From the NCBI GenBank assembly GCA_963849325.1, contig CAWKHF010000009.1, forward strand, positions 384,001-448,000: DNA of 64,000 bases. Direction: 5' to 3'. The position numbers and the translations under genes are program-made. The notes beneath the pieces were generated by a model. It saw nothing but the letters and a program-made list of their open reading frames with translations, had not been told where the DNA came from and ran no database searches. Below, one piece after another: positions 1-9,308 of this stretch (its first letter is position 1; the number at the start of each line of letters is the position of its first letter). This DNA is from an uncultured Planctomycetota bacterium (GTDB lineage: Bacteria > Planctomycetota > Planctomycetia > Gemmatales > Gemmataceae).

Positions 1-1852
1 TCGAACATCGTCCGCGTCATGAACAGCGACGTGAACAGACTGATGATGAGGCCCATCGTCAAGCTGATGCCGAAGCCCTTCAGCTGATCGTTGCCGACGA
101 CGTACAGCACGATGGCGGTGAAGATGCTCGACAGGTGCGTGTCGATGATGGTCGGAAAAGCTCGGTCGTAGCCGTTGCGGATGGCCAGGGCGAGGCTGGC
201 GCCGCGTTCGCGCTCCTCGCGCAGACGTTCGTAAATGAGCACGTTGGCATCGACGGCCATGCCGAGCATGAGCACCAATCCGGCCAGGCCCGGCAGCGTG
301 AAGGTGGCGTTGACCAGCACCATGAACGCGACCGTCAGCACCAGGTTGGCCAGCAGCGCGACACAGGCCACGATGCCGGCGAAACGATAGTAGAACAGCA
401 TGAACACCAGCACCGCCACGAAGGCGATGCCGACCGACAGCGTGCCCTTGAAAATGGTGTCGCTGCCCAGGGTCGGTCCCATGCTGTTTTCGCTGACCGG
501 ATTGGGCTTGAGCGTCGCCGGCAGGGCGCCGGCGCGGAGGATGGTAACCAGCTCCTGCACGGTCTTCTGCGTGAAGCCGCCGGAGATTTCGCCACGGTCG
601 CGGATGGCGCTGCGCAGGCCGGGAGCGGCGCGGATCTGGCCGTCGAGGACGATGGCCAGCTGGCGCTCGAAGCTGCCCTCGGCCTTGGCCGGCCGATTGA
701 GGTTGGTCAGCTCGTAAAACAGGTTGGCGCCGTCGCTGTTGAAACCGAAGTGGACGGCCGGTTCGCCGCGCTGGCTGGGACCGGCGATGGCCTGCGACAG
801 GTAATCGCCGGTGATCTCCTTGCCCGGCTCGGGATTGCGGGTCAGGATGAAATACTCGTAGAGCTTGCCCTGCTGACGATCCTTGGGTGAGAGCCGATCC
901 GGATTGGGGATGGCTCGGCTGTACAGCAAGAAGCGTCCGCCTCCCAGCGGCGGAAAGCGGATCGCTTCCTTGTCGCGCACGTTGGCGACGGCCTGCCACT
1001 GTGGCGCATGCCCCGGAACCTTGGCGGCGTCGTTGTTCAGGTGGAGACTGTACAGCTCCTCCTTGCCGACCTCGACCCAGCTGTAGGACGGATTGATGGT
1101 TTCGCCGTTGAGGGTGACGGAAAAGTTCTTGCCGCCGTCCTCGGGCGCGGCGGCGGCGGCGGATCGCCGACGAACGCCAAATGCTGCAGCGTGTCCGCGT
1201 TGTCGGGGTTCTTCAAATAGTCCTCGGCCCGCTTGATGGCGTCGATGTCATCGACGGGGTTGGCGAGGATGCGGAACTCCAACCGGCCCTGCTGCTGGAT
1301 GAGGTTCTTGATGTTCTCGACTTCCTCGCTCGTCAGGGCGCGGCGGCCCTTGGCCACCTTGTAATGGCCCTCAACGAACTCGGAAATGTCCTTGATGTTC
1401 GCGTCGGGGTTGAGCTTGCTGATGCGATCGACGAGCACCTGCTTCTGTCCGAACGGTACACCGGTGTAGGGATTGTCTTCCTCCTTGGGTGGCCACTTGG
1501 CCTCGACGTCGTTGAGCAGGGCGTGCCAGGCTTCGATCTCGGCGTTCTGCTGGCCGGCGCCGCCGGTCGGCAGGATGATCTCGACGCGCGGCGTCTCGCC
1601 GCCGGCCGGACGGATGGTGACGTTGTACAGGTCGGCCGGGTCGATGCGCCGTTTCAGCGCCGCGGCCAATTCGTCGGCTTTGTACTCCTGGTCGCCCTGT
1701 TTGCTCTTGTCCACCTCGTAGACGAGGATGGTGCCGCCGACCAGATCGACGCCGAGGCGGAACTTGCCGGCGGTGTAGGCCCAGGCACACACGGCGACGG
1801 CCACCACGACCGGCACCACGCAAATCAGAATCCTACTGAGATACGATTTCAT
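1..1852 (-). CDS. secD: Protein translocase subunit SecD/SecDF; runs off the window's left edge; apparent frameshift near 1140-1165
   Basis: N-terminal 'LGVDLVGG' and 'LKRRIDP' motifs. The downstream minus frame reads TM segments such as 'FTLPGLAGLVLMLGMAVDANVLIYER'. Lies after yajC-tgt. Confidence 0.92.
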
Positions 1853-1882
1853 GATCGGACTTCATGCCTTTCGTCGCGCTCT

Positions 1883-1943
1883 GGCGAGCGGGGGCGTAAG
1901 CCCCCTGTTGCGCCCAACAGGGGGCTTACGCCCCCCGCTCGCC
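1883..1943. repeat. Palindromic REP-like element, family A
   Basis: GGCGAGCGGGGGCGTAAGCCCCCTGTT..AACAGGGGGCTTACGCCCCCCGCTCGCC; near-identical copy at 34254-34315. Confidence 0.9.
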
Positions 1944-1948
1944 GGCAT

Positions 1949-2311
1949 TTACGCCTTGGCTTCTTTCGCCGCCTTGGCCTGCTTGGCCGCCTCTTCGTTC
2001 GTCAGATTGCGGACGACGCTCGCCTTGGTCATCTTCAAGCGAACATTGTCGGCCACCTTCACGGTGATTCGGTCGTCGGTCTCGCTGATGTCTACCACGG
2101 TGCCGTAGATGCCGGCGCCGGTCAGCACTTCGTCGTTCTTCTTGAGGTTGCTGGCCATCGTCTGCCGTTCCTGTTCCTGCCGTTTGAGCGGGCGGATGAG
2201 CAGGAAATAGGCCAGGACCGCGATGAGGATGAGCGGCAGGAACCCCAACCCGCCGCCCATGCCTTGATTCTTGTTCTCTTCCTCGGCCAGCACGATCAAC
2301 GCTTGCAGCAT
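1949..2311 (-). CDS. yajC: Preprotein translocase subunit YajC
   Basis: TM followed by 'YFLLIRP', 'LKKNDEVLTGAGIYGTV'; lies between tgt and secD. Confidence 0.93.
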   Translation of the reverse strand: MLQALIVLAEEENKNQGMGGGLGFLPLILIAVLAYFLLIRPLKRQEQERQTMASNLKKNDEVLTGAGIYGTVVDISETDDRITVKVADNVRLKMTKASVVRNLTNEEAAKQAKAAKEAKA

Positions 2312-2357
2312 GAACAACCTCTCAGCCGACGCGGTATCCTGGATGAAAAGGGGTATT

Positions 2358-3467
2358 TTAAGACGAGCCGCCCCAGCGGGCAAGACGGACTGCGGCGAAG
2401 TCGTCGAACCGGCGTTCCTCGATGGCCTGGCGCACCCCGGCCATCAGCCGGCAGTAGAACGCCACGTTATGCAGCGACAGCAGCGTCGGTCCCAGCATCT
2501 CCCTGGCGAGGAAGAGGTGGTGCAGGTACGCTCGGCTGAAATGCCGGCACACGTAGCACGGACAACCGGACTCCAACGGTCGAGGATCTCGCTTGTGGCA
2601 GGTGTTGCGTAGCCGAATTTCGCCGTCGTCAGTGAAGGCCGAGGCGTTGCGGCCGTTGCGCGTCGGCAGGACGCAATCGAACATATCGATGCCGGCGCGA
2701 ACGCCGGCGACGAGATCGCAGGGCCGGCCGACGCCCATGAGGTAGCGCGGCTTGCCGGCCGGCAACAGCGCCGCCGTCGGTCCCAGGGCGGCGACCATCT
2801 GCGCTTCGGTCTCGCCGACGCTGAAGCCGCCCAGGGCGTAGCCGGGGAAGTCCAGGTCCGTCAGGGCACGGGCGCAGCGAGCGCGCAACTCCAGGTCCGT
2901 GCCGCCCTGGACGATGGCGAACAGCGCCTGATCGAGTCGCCGGTGCGCCGTCCGGCAGCGCTCGGCCCAGTGAATCGTTCGCTCGACGGCGACGCGCAGA
3001 TAGTCTGGTGGCGTGTCGTGCGGCGGGCATTCGTCCAGGCACATGGCGATGTCGGAGCCGAGGTTCTCCTGAATGGCGATGGCGCGCTCCGGCGTGAGGT
3101 CCACCAGGACGCCGTCGATGTGCGAGCGGAAGACGGCGGCGCGGTCGTCGATCTTGCGTGTCTGCGCCAGGCTGTAAACCTGGAAGCCGCCGCTGTCGGT
3201 GAGGATGGGCCGGTCCCAGGCCATGAAGCGATGCAGCCCACCCAGTTCCGCGACGACTTCGTCGCCGGGGCGCAGGCAGAGGTGGTAGGTGTTGCCGAGG
3301 AGAATTTGGGCGCCGGCGTCGCGGACCTGTTCGGGGGTCAGCCCCTTGACGGTGGCTTGCGTGCCGACCGGCATGAACACCGGCGTCTCGACGGAGCCGT
3401 GCGCCGTGTGCAGCCGCCCGCGCCGCGCCGCGCCGTCGCTGCCCAGCAGGTCAAAACGAAAAGCCAT
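2358..3467 (-). CDS. tgt: Queuine tRNA-ribosyltransferase
   Basis: 'TPVFMPVGT', 'NTYHL', 'TDSGGFQ', 'DMFDCVLPTRNGR' and the CxCxxC Zn site. Confidence 0.97.
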   Translation of the reverse strand: MAFRFDLLGSDGAARRGRLHTAHGSVETPVFMPVGTQATVKGLTPEQVRDAGAQILLGNTYHLCLRPGDEVVAELGGLHRFMAWDRPILTDSGGFQVYSLAQTRKIDDRAAVFRSHIDGVLVDLTPERAIAIQENLGSDIAMCLDECPPHDTPPDYLRVAVERTIHWAERCRTAHRRLDQALFAIVQGGTDLELRARCARALTDLDFPGYALGGFSVGETEAQMVAALGPTAALLPAGKPRYLMGVGRPCDLVAGVRAGIDMFDCVLPTRNGRNASAFTDDGEIRLRNTCHKRDPRPLESGCPCYVCRHFSRAYLHHLFLAREMLGPTLLSLHNVAFYCRLMAGVRQAIEERRFDDFAAVRLARWGGSS

Positions 3468-3487
3468 GTTTCGCTCGGAGCAACAAT

Positions 3488-3552
3488 GTTTAGCCGCGAC
3501 GCGCAGCGGAGCGTGGGAATCTCCCGCGCTCCGCTGCGCGTCGCGGCTAAAC
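3488..3552. repeat. Palindromic REP-like element, family B
   Basis: GTTTAGCCGCGACGCGCAGCGGAGCG..CGCTCCGCTGCGCGTCGCGGCTAAAC; copies at 15417 and (partial) 7006. Confidence 0.92.
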
Positions 3553-3558
3553 GAGGAA

Positions 3559-5142
3559 CTACTGAATGCGCAGACTGCGGACCCATTCCGCTTCGCGGGC
3601 GATCTCCTCGTCGGACAGACCGCTGGAGCGATGGATCTCGGCGCGGGCCATCTTGCCGCTAGTCATGTCCAGGGCCATGACGTCGATCAGGCCGTTGCTG
3701 CCGACGCCGCAGCGCACTTGCACCGGCGACGACTTGGGCAGGTTCGGCGGTAGTCCCTCGATCCAGCATTCGCCGATGTTGATGCAGGCGTCGGCCTGCG
3801 TCGCCTCGCCTTGCAGCACCTTGACGCGGACGCGCTGCTGATTCTCGCCGACGGTGCAGTAGACCCGACTCGCCGCCGTCGGCAGCTGCGTGTTCTTGGG
3901 AATGAGTACGTCGTTGACGCGCTCCGGGCCTTGCTTGACCTCGATGCCGAGGCTGTGGGCGTTGACGTTGATCTCGACCACCTTCGACAGCGCCTGGCGA
4001 GCGGCTTCTTCCATGAGCAGGTCTTCGCCGAAGTCCTGGGCGGCGACGATGCCGGCGTGCAGGGCGGCGCCGCGGGCAACGACCTCGCTGACGGCCAGCG
4101 AGTTGTCCGGCTCCTTGCCGCTCAACTCGTGGAGCATCTGCCGCGTCATCGGCATGTGCGTCGAGCCGCCCACCAGCAGGATGCGATCGACCTGCTCCCA
4201 GTTCAGTCCCGCCTGTCGCAGTAGTTGCTGCGTGGTCAAGCGTGTGCGCACCAGCAGATCGCGTGTCAGCGACTCGAAGTCGGCACGGCTCAGCGGCACG
4301 GTCAGCACTCGGCCGGCGTGCATGCAGGTGAGAGTGGTCTGCGGCAGCTTGCTCAGCGTGCGCTTGGCGCGTTCGGCGGCGCTTTGCAGGTTGACCAGGG
4401 CCTGCGCTTCGGAGCGCGGGTCGATGCCGGCCTGGCGCTTGAACAGGTTGGCGACGTGATCGACGATGCGGTCGTCCCAGTCCTTGCCGCCTAGGCGCAC
4501 ATCGCCCTCAATGGCGAGGGTCTGGAAGTGCTGCTGCGACAGGCGAACGAGGGTGACATCGAAGGTGCCGCCGCCGAGGTCGTAGACGAGGACGGTGCGC
4601 TGCTCCCAGGGCAGCAGGCCGGCCGGCTGCTCCGGCGTGCCGGGCTGGAGTTGCCGTAGCGAGTAGGCCAGGGCGGCGGCGGTCGGCTCGTCGAGGATGT
4701 CGAGTACGTCCAGCCCGGCGATACGGCCGGCGTCCTTGGTGGCCTTGCGGCGCGTGTCGTCGAAGTAGGCCGGAACCGTGATGACGGCCCGGCTGACCGG
4801 ACCGATGCGCAGCTCGGCGTCCTGGACGAGCTTGCGCAGGATGATGGCCGACAGCGTCTCGGGACGGAAATCTCGGCCGGCGACCACTCGGCCGAGGGTC
4901 GGATGGCCCATGCGCCGTTTGATGAGCGTGGCGACGCGATCGGGCTGCTCCAGGGCCACGTCGAGGGCGGCCTGACCGACGACCGCCGAGCCGTCGTCCA
5001 ACAGCAGCACGGCGCTGGGCGTCAGCATGTCGCCGTCGCGGTTGGGCAGTGTCACCGGCTGGCCGTGATCGTCCAGACTGGCGATGGCCGAAAACGTGGT
5101 GCCCAGATCGATGCCGACCAGCTTGGCTGTTCCGCCTGCCAT
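3559..5142 (-). CDS. Hsp70-family protein (short DnaK paralog without the C-terminal lid)
   Basis: 'GIDLGTT', 'VITVPAYF', 'DLGGGTFD', 'LVGGST'; about 527 aa. Confidence 0.9.
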   Translation of the reverse strand: MAGGTAKLVGIDLGTTFSAIASLDDHGQPVTLPNRDGDMLTPSAVLLLDDGSAVVGQAALDVALEQPDRVATLIKRRMGHPTLGRVVAGRDFRPETLSAIILRKLVQDAELRIGPVSRAVITVPAYFDDTRRKATKDAGRIAGLDVLDILDEPTAAALAYSLRQLQPGTPEQPAGLLPWEQRTVLVYDLGGGTFDVTLVRLSQQHFQTLAIEGDVRLGGKDWDDRIVDHVANLFKRQAGIDPRSEAQALVNLQSAAERAKRTLSKLPQTTLTCMHAGRVLTVPLSRADFESLTRDLLVRTRLTTQQLLRQAGLNWEQVDRILLVGGSTHMPMTRQMLHELSGKEPDNSLAVSEVVARGAALHAGIVAAQDFGEDLLMEEAARQALSKVVEINVNAHSLGIEVKQGPERVNDVLIPKNTQLPTAASRVYCTVGENQQRVRVKVLQGEATQADACINIGECWIEGLPPNLPKSSPVQVRCGVGSNGLIDVMALDMTSGKMARAEIHRSSGLSDEEIAREAEWVRSLRIQ

Positions 5143-5339
5143 GCCGTATCCCGTTGTCGGGGTGCAAGTTGAAAAACAAGACGAGCGGCGAGCCGCCTCG
5201 GCGCGTGCCGTCCCTGCGAAATTGTAACGGTCGGCCACGACGGACGGAAGAGGGAGAGTGGGGTTGCCTCCCGACGCTGGCTGTGCGACACTCCCTCGGG
5301 CCTATCGGATCGAATCGAGCCGGGGCAAGGATGCCGCGC

Positions 5340-6422
5340 ATGTTCGGACCAAGCCGACCTCCTCTGTTTGCCTGTTCCGCCGAACGGATCGCCCTGCTCA
5401 AGCCCAGTGCCCTGGGCGACATCATCCACAGTTTGCCGGTACTGACAGCCCTACGACAGCGTTTTCCGCACGCCCACATCACCTGGGTGGTCAACCGGGT
5501 CTATGAGCCGCTGCTGAGCGGTCACCGCGACCTGGACGACACGCTGCCGCTGGACCGGCGCGCATCGCGCAGCGGTTGGCGGACGGCGGCGCGGTCGTGG
5601 CTGGGCTTCCTGAGCGAGTTGCGTCGGCGACGCTTCGATCTGGTCATCGACTTGCAGGGTCTCTTTCGCACGGGCTTGATGGCAGCGGTGAGCGGAGCGA
5701 GGCGGCGCGTCGGCTTGAGTACGGCCCGCGAAGGCGCTACCTGGTCCTACACCGACGTTGTTGCCGTGGCCGACTTCAACGCCCTCCACGCCGTCGATCG
5801 CTGCTGGCGGATCGCCGAAGCGTTCGGCGTCGGCGACGTACCCAGGCAGTTCCACATCCCCATCCCGGACGAGGCGCGGCGCTGGGCCGACGAACGGACG
5901 CGGAGTTGTCCGCGTCCGTGGCTGATGATCGGTCCCGGAGCGCGCTGGCCGACCAAGCGCTGGCCGCCGGAGCACTTCGCCGCCCTGGCCCGGCGCGCCG
6001 GGGCCGAGTTCGGCGGCACGGTCTTCCTCGTCGGCGGCGATGACGAGACGCCCCTGGCCGAGGCGGTGCAAGCGCGGCTGAACAACGGTCCCTCGCACGA
6101 TTTGACCGGCCGCACCACGCTGCCGCGCCTGGCGGCGCTGCTGGAGCGCGCGGACGTGATGCTGGCCAACGACACCGGGCCGTTGCACCTGGCGGCGGCC
6201 CTGGGCCGGCCGGTCATCGCTCCCTATACTTGCACCAAGGTTCGGCTCAACGGCCCTTACCCGGCCGCGCGCGGGGCGGTCGAATCGACCGTCCGCTGCC
6301 AGGGCAGTTACGTCAAACGCTGCGGCCGGCTGGAGTGCATGAGGGAGCTGACGCCGGATCGTCTGTGGCTTCCACTGCGCGAGGTGTTGCGGTCATGGTC
6401 GAGTCGAACGCGATGCGGCTAA
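5340..6422 (+). CDS. GT9 ADP-heptose:LPS heptosyltransferase-like protein
   Basis: 'KPSALGDI', 'IDLQG', 'TKRWP', 'NDTGPLHLAAA'. Confidence 0.88.
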   Translation: MFGPSRPPLFACSAERIALLKPSALGDIIHSLPVLTALRQRFPHAHITWVVNRVYEPLLSGHRDLDDTLPLDRRASRSGWRTAARSWLGFLSELRRRRFDLVIDLQGLFRTGLMAAVSGARRRVGLSTAREGATWSYTDVVAVADFNALHAVDRCWRIAEAFGVGDVPRQFHIPIPDEARRWADERTRSCPRPWLMIGPGARWPTKRWPPEHFAALARRAGAEFGGTVFLVGGDDETPLAEAVQARLNNGPSHDLTGRTTLPRLAALLERADVMLANDTGPLHLAAALGRPVIAPYTCTKVRLNGPYPAARGAVESTVRCQGSYVKRCGRLECMRELTPDRLWLPLREVLRSWSSRTRCG

Positions 6423-7012
6423 TTCTGGCCAGCGCCTCGCCGGCCCGCCGTGAACTGCTGGCCCGCACCGGCTATCCCTTCGAGGTAATGCCCGCCGACA
6501 TCGACGAGCCGCAGAGCGGTTTCGACGATCCGCGCACGTTCGTGCAGACGGTGTCCTGGCTCAAGGCCTCCGCCGTGGCCCCGCGGATCGACGCCGGCCT
6601 GGTCCTGGCCGCCGACACCATCGCCTGGATCAACGATCACCCCATCCTCAAGCCGGCCGACGAGGCCGACGCCCGCCGCATCCTCCGTGAGATGGCCGGC
6701 CGCGAACATGACCTGTGGACCGGAGTCGTCCTGTGGCGTCGTCCCGATGACGTGCAGGTCGCCTGGCAGGAACAAACGCGCGTGGCCGTTGCCCCTCTTA
6801 GCGATGCCGAACTGGATGTTTATCTTGCCACTCGCTCGTGGCGGGGCCATTCGGGCGCCTATGCCATTCAAGAGAAGGATGACCCGTATGTCCGCGTAGT
6901 GCGCGGCAGCATCAACAACGTCATTGGCTTGCCGCTGGAAAGCCTGACGGCAACGCTGGCCTGGCTGCTTCCTCGGCAGGCGCCGTATTCCGACAAAGAA
7001 CCTCTCGTTTAG
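6413..7012 (+). CDS. maf: Maf-family nucleoside triphosphate pyrophosphatase
   Basis: 'LILASASPARRELL', 'AADT', 'GAYAIQ', 'NVIGLP'. Confidence 0.92.
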   Translation: MRLILASASPARRELLARTGYPFEVMPADIDEPQSGFDDPRTFVQTVSWLKASAVAPRIDAGLVLAADTIAWINDHPILKPADEADARRILREMAGREHDLWTGVVLWRRPDDVQVAWQEQTRVAVAPLSDAELDVYLATRSWRGHSGAYAIQEKDDPYVRVVRGSINNVIGLPLESLTATLAWLLPRQAPYSDKEPLV

Positions 7013-7048
7013 CCGCGAAGCGCGGCGGAGCGCGAGTCTGCTCCGCGT
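7006..7048. repeat. Degenerate family-B REP half element overlapping the maf stop codon
   Basis: CGTTTAGCCGCGAAGCGCGGCGGAGCG resembles the left arm at 3488. Confidence 0.65.
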
Positions 7049-7049
7049 T

Positions 7050-7286
7050 CTAACTGTTTGGCGGCATTACCTCGGTCACGACCTGGACGCGGTTGCGCAG
7101 CTCGCGTCCGTCCAGCAGCGGCAGGATGGTCTCCTGGGCCAACTGCTTGAGGTAGTAGCTGGACACCTTGCCCTGAAGGATGACGGCCGATTCGCTCTCT
7201 TCCAGCAAGAGCTTGCGCAGCGCCGGGATGGGGCTGTGCCGCAAGGCGAGAGCGAGCCGAGATTGTTCCAGGGTCGAAGTGGACAT
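7050..7286 (-). CDS. Small BON-domain-like protein
   Basis: 'VILQGKVSSYYLKQLAQE..LRNRVQV', typical of planctomycete BON-like proteins. Confidence 0.75.
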   Translation of the reverse strand: MSTSTLEQSRLALALRHSPIPALRKLLLEESESAVILQGKVSSYYLKQLAQETILPLLDGRELRNRVQVVTEVMPPNS

Positions 7287-7818
7287 GCGCACGAATCTCC
7301 TTGCAAACAGTGGCGAAGAAGCTTCTCGCCCAGCGCGGCCGATGTCCTGCGTAGCAGGAAGCACCAAAACGCCACGGGACGAGCGGCCCGGCGAGGCTCT
7401 AACGACGGCGATGTCGCGGATCGTGGTTCGACACTCCAGAGGCCGGGCCTTCAAAAAGCCCCCTACATCCCTGTCCTCGTTGGTGAGTCAAGGTAGATGT
7501 TTGGAAGAACCGGCCGACCGATCCCGATCGGCTCGCCCGGCGCAACCTTGTCTCTTCGTGGACGTCCTTCCGAGACCGCGTCGGACGAACGAGTTCTCAC
7601 GCGATCCATGCTAGACGAGCACCTCGGCGAGAGCAACCAAAATCCGGAGAAGATTTCCAGATTCTTTCACGTCCGAGCGAACCAGGCCCGAGACCCTTCC
7701 AGGTTCGGCAAACTATCTTACAGGGTAGGTCAAGGACATCCGCGCACTCTCCCCTCTTCGTCCGCTTCTGGTATAGGTAATGGAGAGGCCGGTCCCAGCG
7801 GCCGCGAGGAGGAGTCGT

Positions 7819-8986
7819 GTGAAGATCGTCGCACTGAACGCCTATCACGTCCGCATTCCCTTGCGCCGGCGCATCCGTCACGCCTCGCACACGCGCACGG
7901 AGACCGACAACCTTGTCGTCCGCTGCACGCTGGCGGATGGCTCCGAAGGATTCGGGGAAGGCGTGCCGCGCGACTACGTCACGGGTGAGACCATCGATTC
8001 GTCGCTGGATCTGCTGCGCCGTAGCGATCTCGCCGCGCAGGCGGAAGACTGCCGTGATTTCGAGCACGCCGTCGCCGTGGCCGAGCGGTTGCGGCTGGCC
8101 CCGGTCGCCGGCGACGAGCGCGGCTGCGAGGGCAACGCCTCTCGCTGCGCCGTCGAGTTGGCCGTCCTCGACGCCTACGGCCGACACTTCGGCCGGCCGC
8201 TGTCCGACGTCACACGCTTGCTCGCCCCGGAGATCGCATCAGCCGCAACCGCGCGTCCGCTATAGCGGGGCCATCACCACCGCGCGCGGCAACAAGACGC
8301 TGGTAGCCGCCCTCGCCTTCCGCATCTATCGCTTTCGCCAGGTCAAGCTAAAGGTCGGCATGGAAGGCTACGACGATCCGCGTCGCCTGGACGTCATCCG
8401 CCGCTGGGGCGGTCGAAAGATCGACGTGCGTCTGGACGCCAATGAGGCGTGGACGCCGGAGGAGGCGATTGAACGCATCCGCGTCCTGGAGCCGTTCGGC
8501 ATCAGCGCCGTCGAGCAGCCGGTGCCGCACGCCCGGGCCGCCGCCCTGCGCGACGTGCGCCGCCAGGTGCGGACGCCGATCATGCTCGACGAGTCGCTGT
8601 GCGGTCGCTTCGACGCCGAGCGCGCGGTCGAGGGACAGACCTGCGACCTGTTCAACCTGCGCCTGTCGAAGTGCGGCGGATTCATTCCGTCGCTGCGTCT
8701 GGCCGTGTTCGCCAAGCAGCACGGGCTGGGTTGTCAGCTCGGATGCCAGGTCGGCGAGACGGCGATCCTGTCGGCGGCGGGCCGGCACTTCGCCGCCAGC
8801 GTGGCGGGGCTGCGCTATCTCGAAGGCTCCTACGACCGCCACCTGGTGCGCGAAAGCCTGGCGACGACGGACCTGACGTTCGGCTGGGGCGGCTGGGCGC
8901 CGGCGCTGACGGGCGCGGGCCTGGGCATGAACGTCGATCCGCAGGCTCTGCGGCGCGTGACGATCCGCGAGGAAATGCTGTTTTAG
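7819..8986 (+). CDS. Enolase-superfamily (muconate cycloisomerase / L-Ala-D/L-Glu epimerase-like) protein; frameshift near 8240
   Basis: 'GFGEGVPR', 'KLKVG', 'RLDANEAW', 'EQP', 'LDES'; GTG start after GAGGAG. Confidence 0.85.
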
Positions 8987-8991
8987 ACATT

Positions 8992-9060
8992 ATGGCGAAC
9001 AGCCGGCGTAAGTCGGCTGGTGTGGCCCGCACCAGCCGGCTTACGCCGGCCGTTCGCCAT
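8992..9060. repeat. Palindromic REP-like element, family C
   Basis: ATGGCGAAC.GCCGGCGTAAGTCGGCTGGTG..CACCAGCCG.CTTACGCCGGCCGTTCGCCAT; copy at 27904. Confidence 0.92.
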
Positions 9061-9308
9061 TCGGTTATTTTTCTCTATTCGCGTGATTCCTGGATTTTTA
9101 TGGAGCATCGCCCATCTTCCGTATCTCCCCCGCCTCGAACAATCCATTCGGCCCTCGCCCGAAAAAGTTGATTCAAGAAAGTTCCCCTCAAGGGCCGATC
9201 CAATCGAACAGGGTGGGATTGTGCCGATTTTTCGGCGTTTGCCGAGGACGTTATTTCCTCGTAGGGTCTGCGTCGTTGTACACGTGCGGGATGGCAGGGA
9301 GGTTGGCC

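Noticed and set aside
3559-5142. Calling this gene dnaK
   Set aside because: It lacks the lid domain and has no grpE/dnaJ context, so it is a paralog
7290-7810. ncRNA in the 500-bp divergent intergenic region
   Set aside because: No recognisable motif or strong structure; probably promoters
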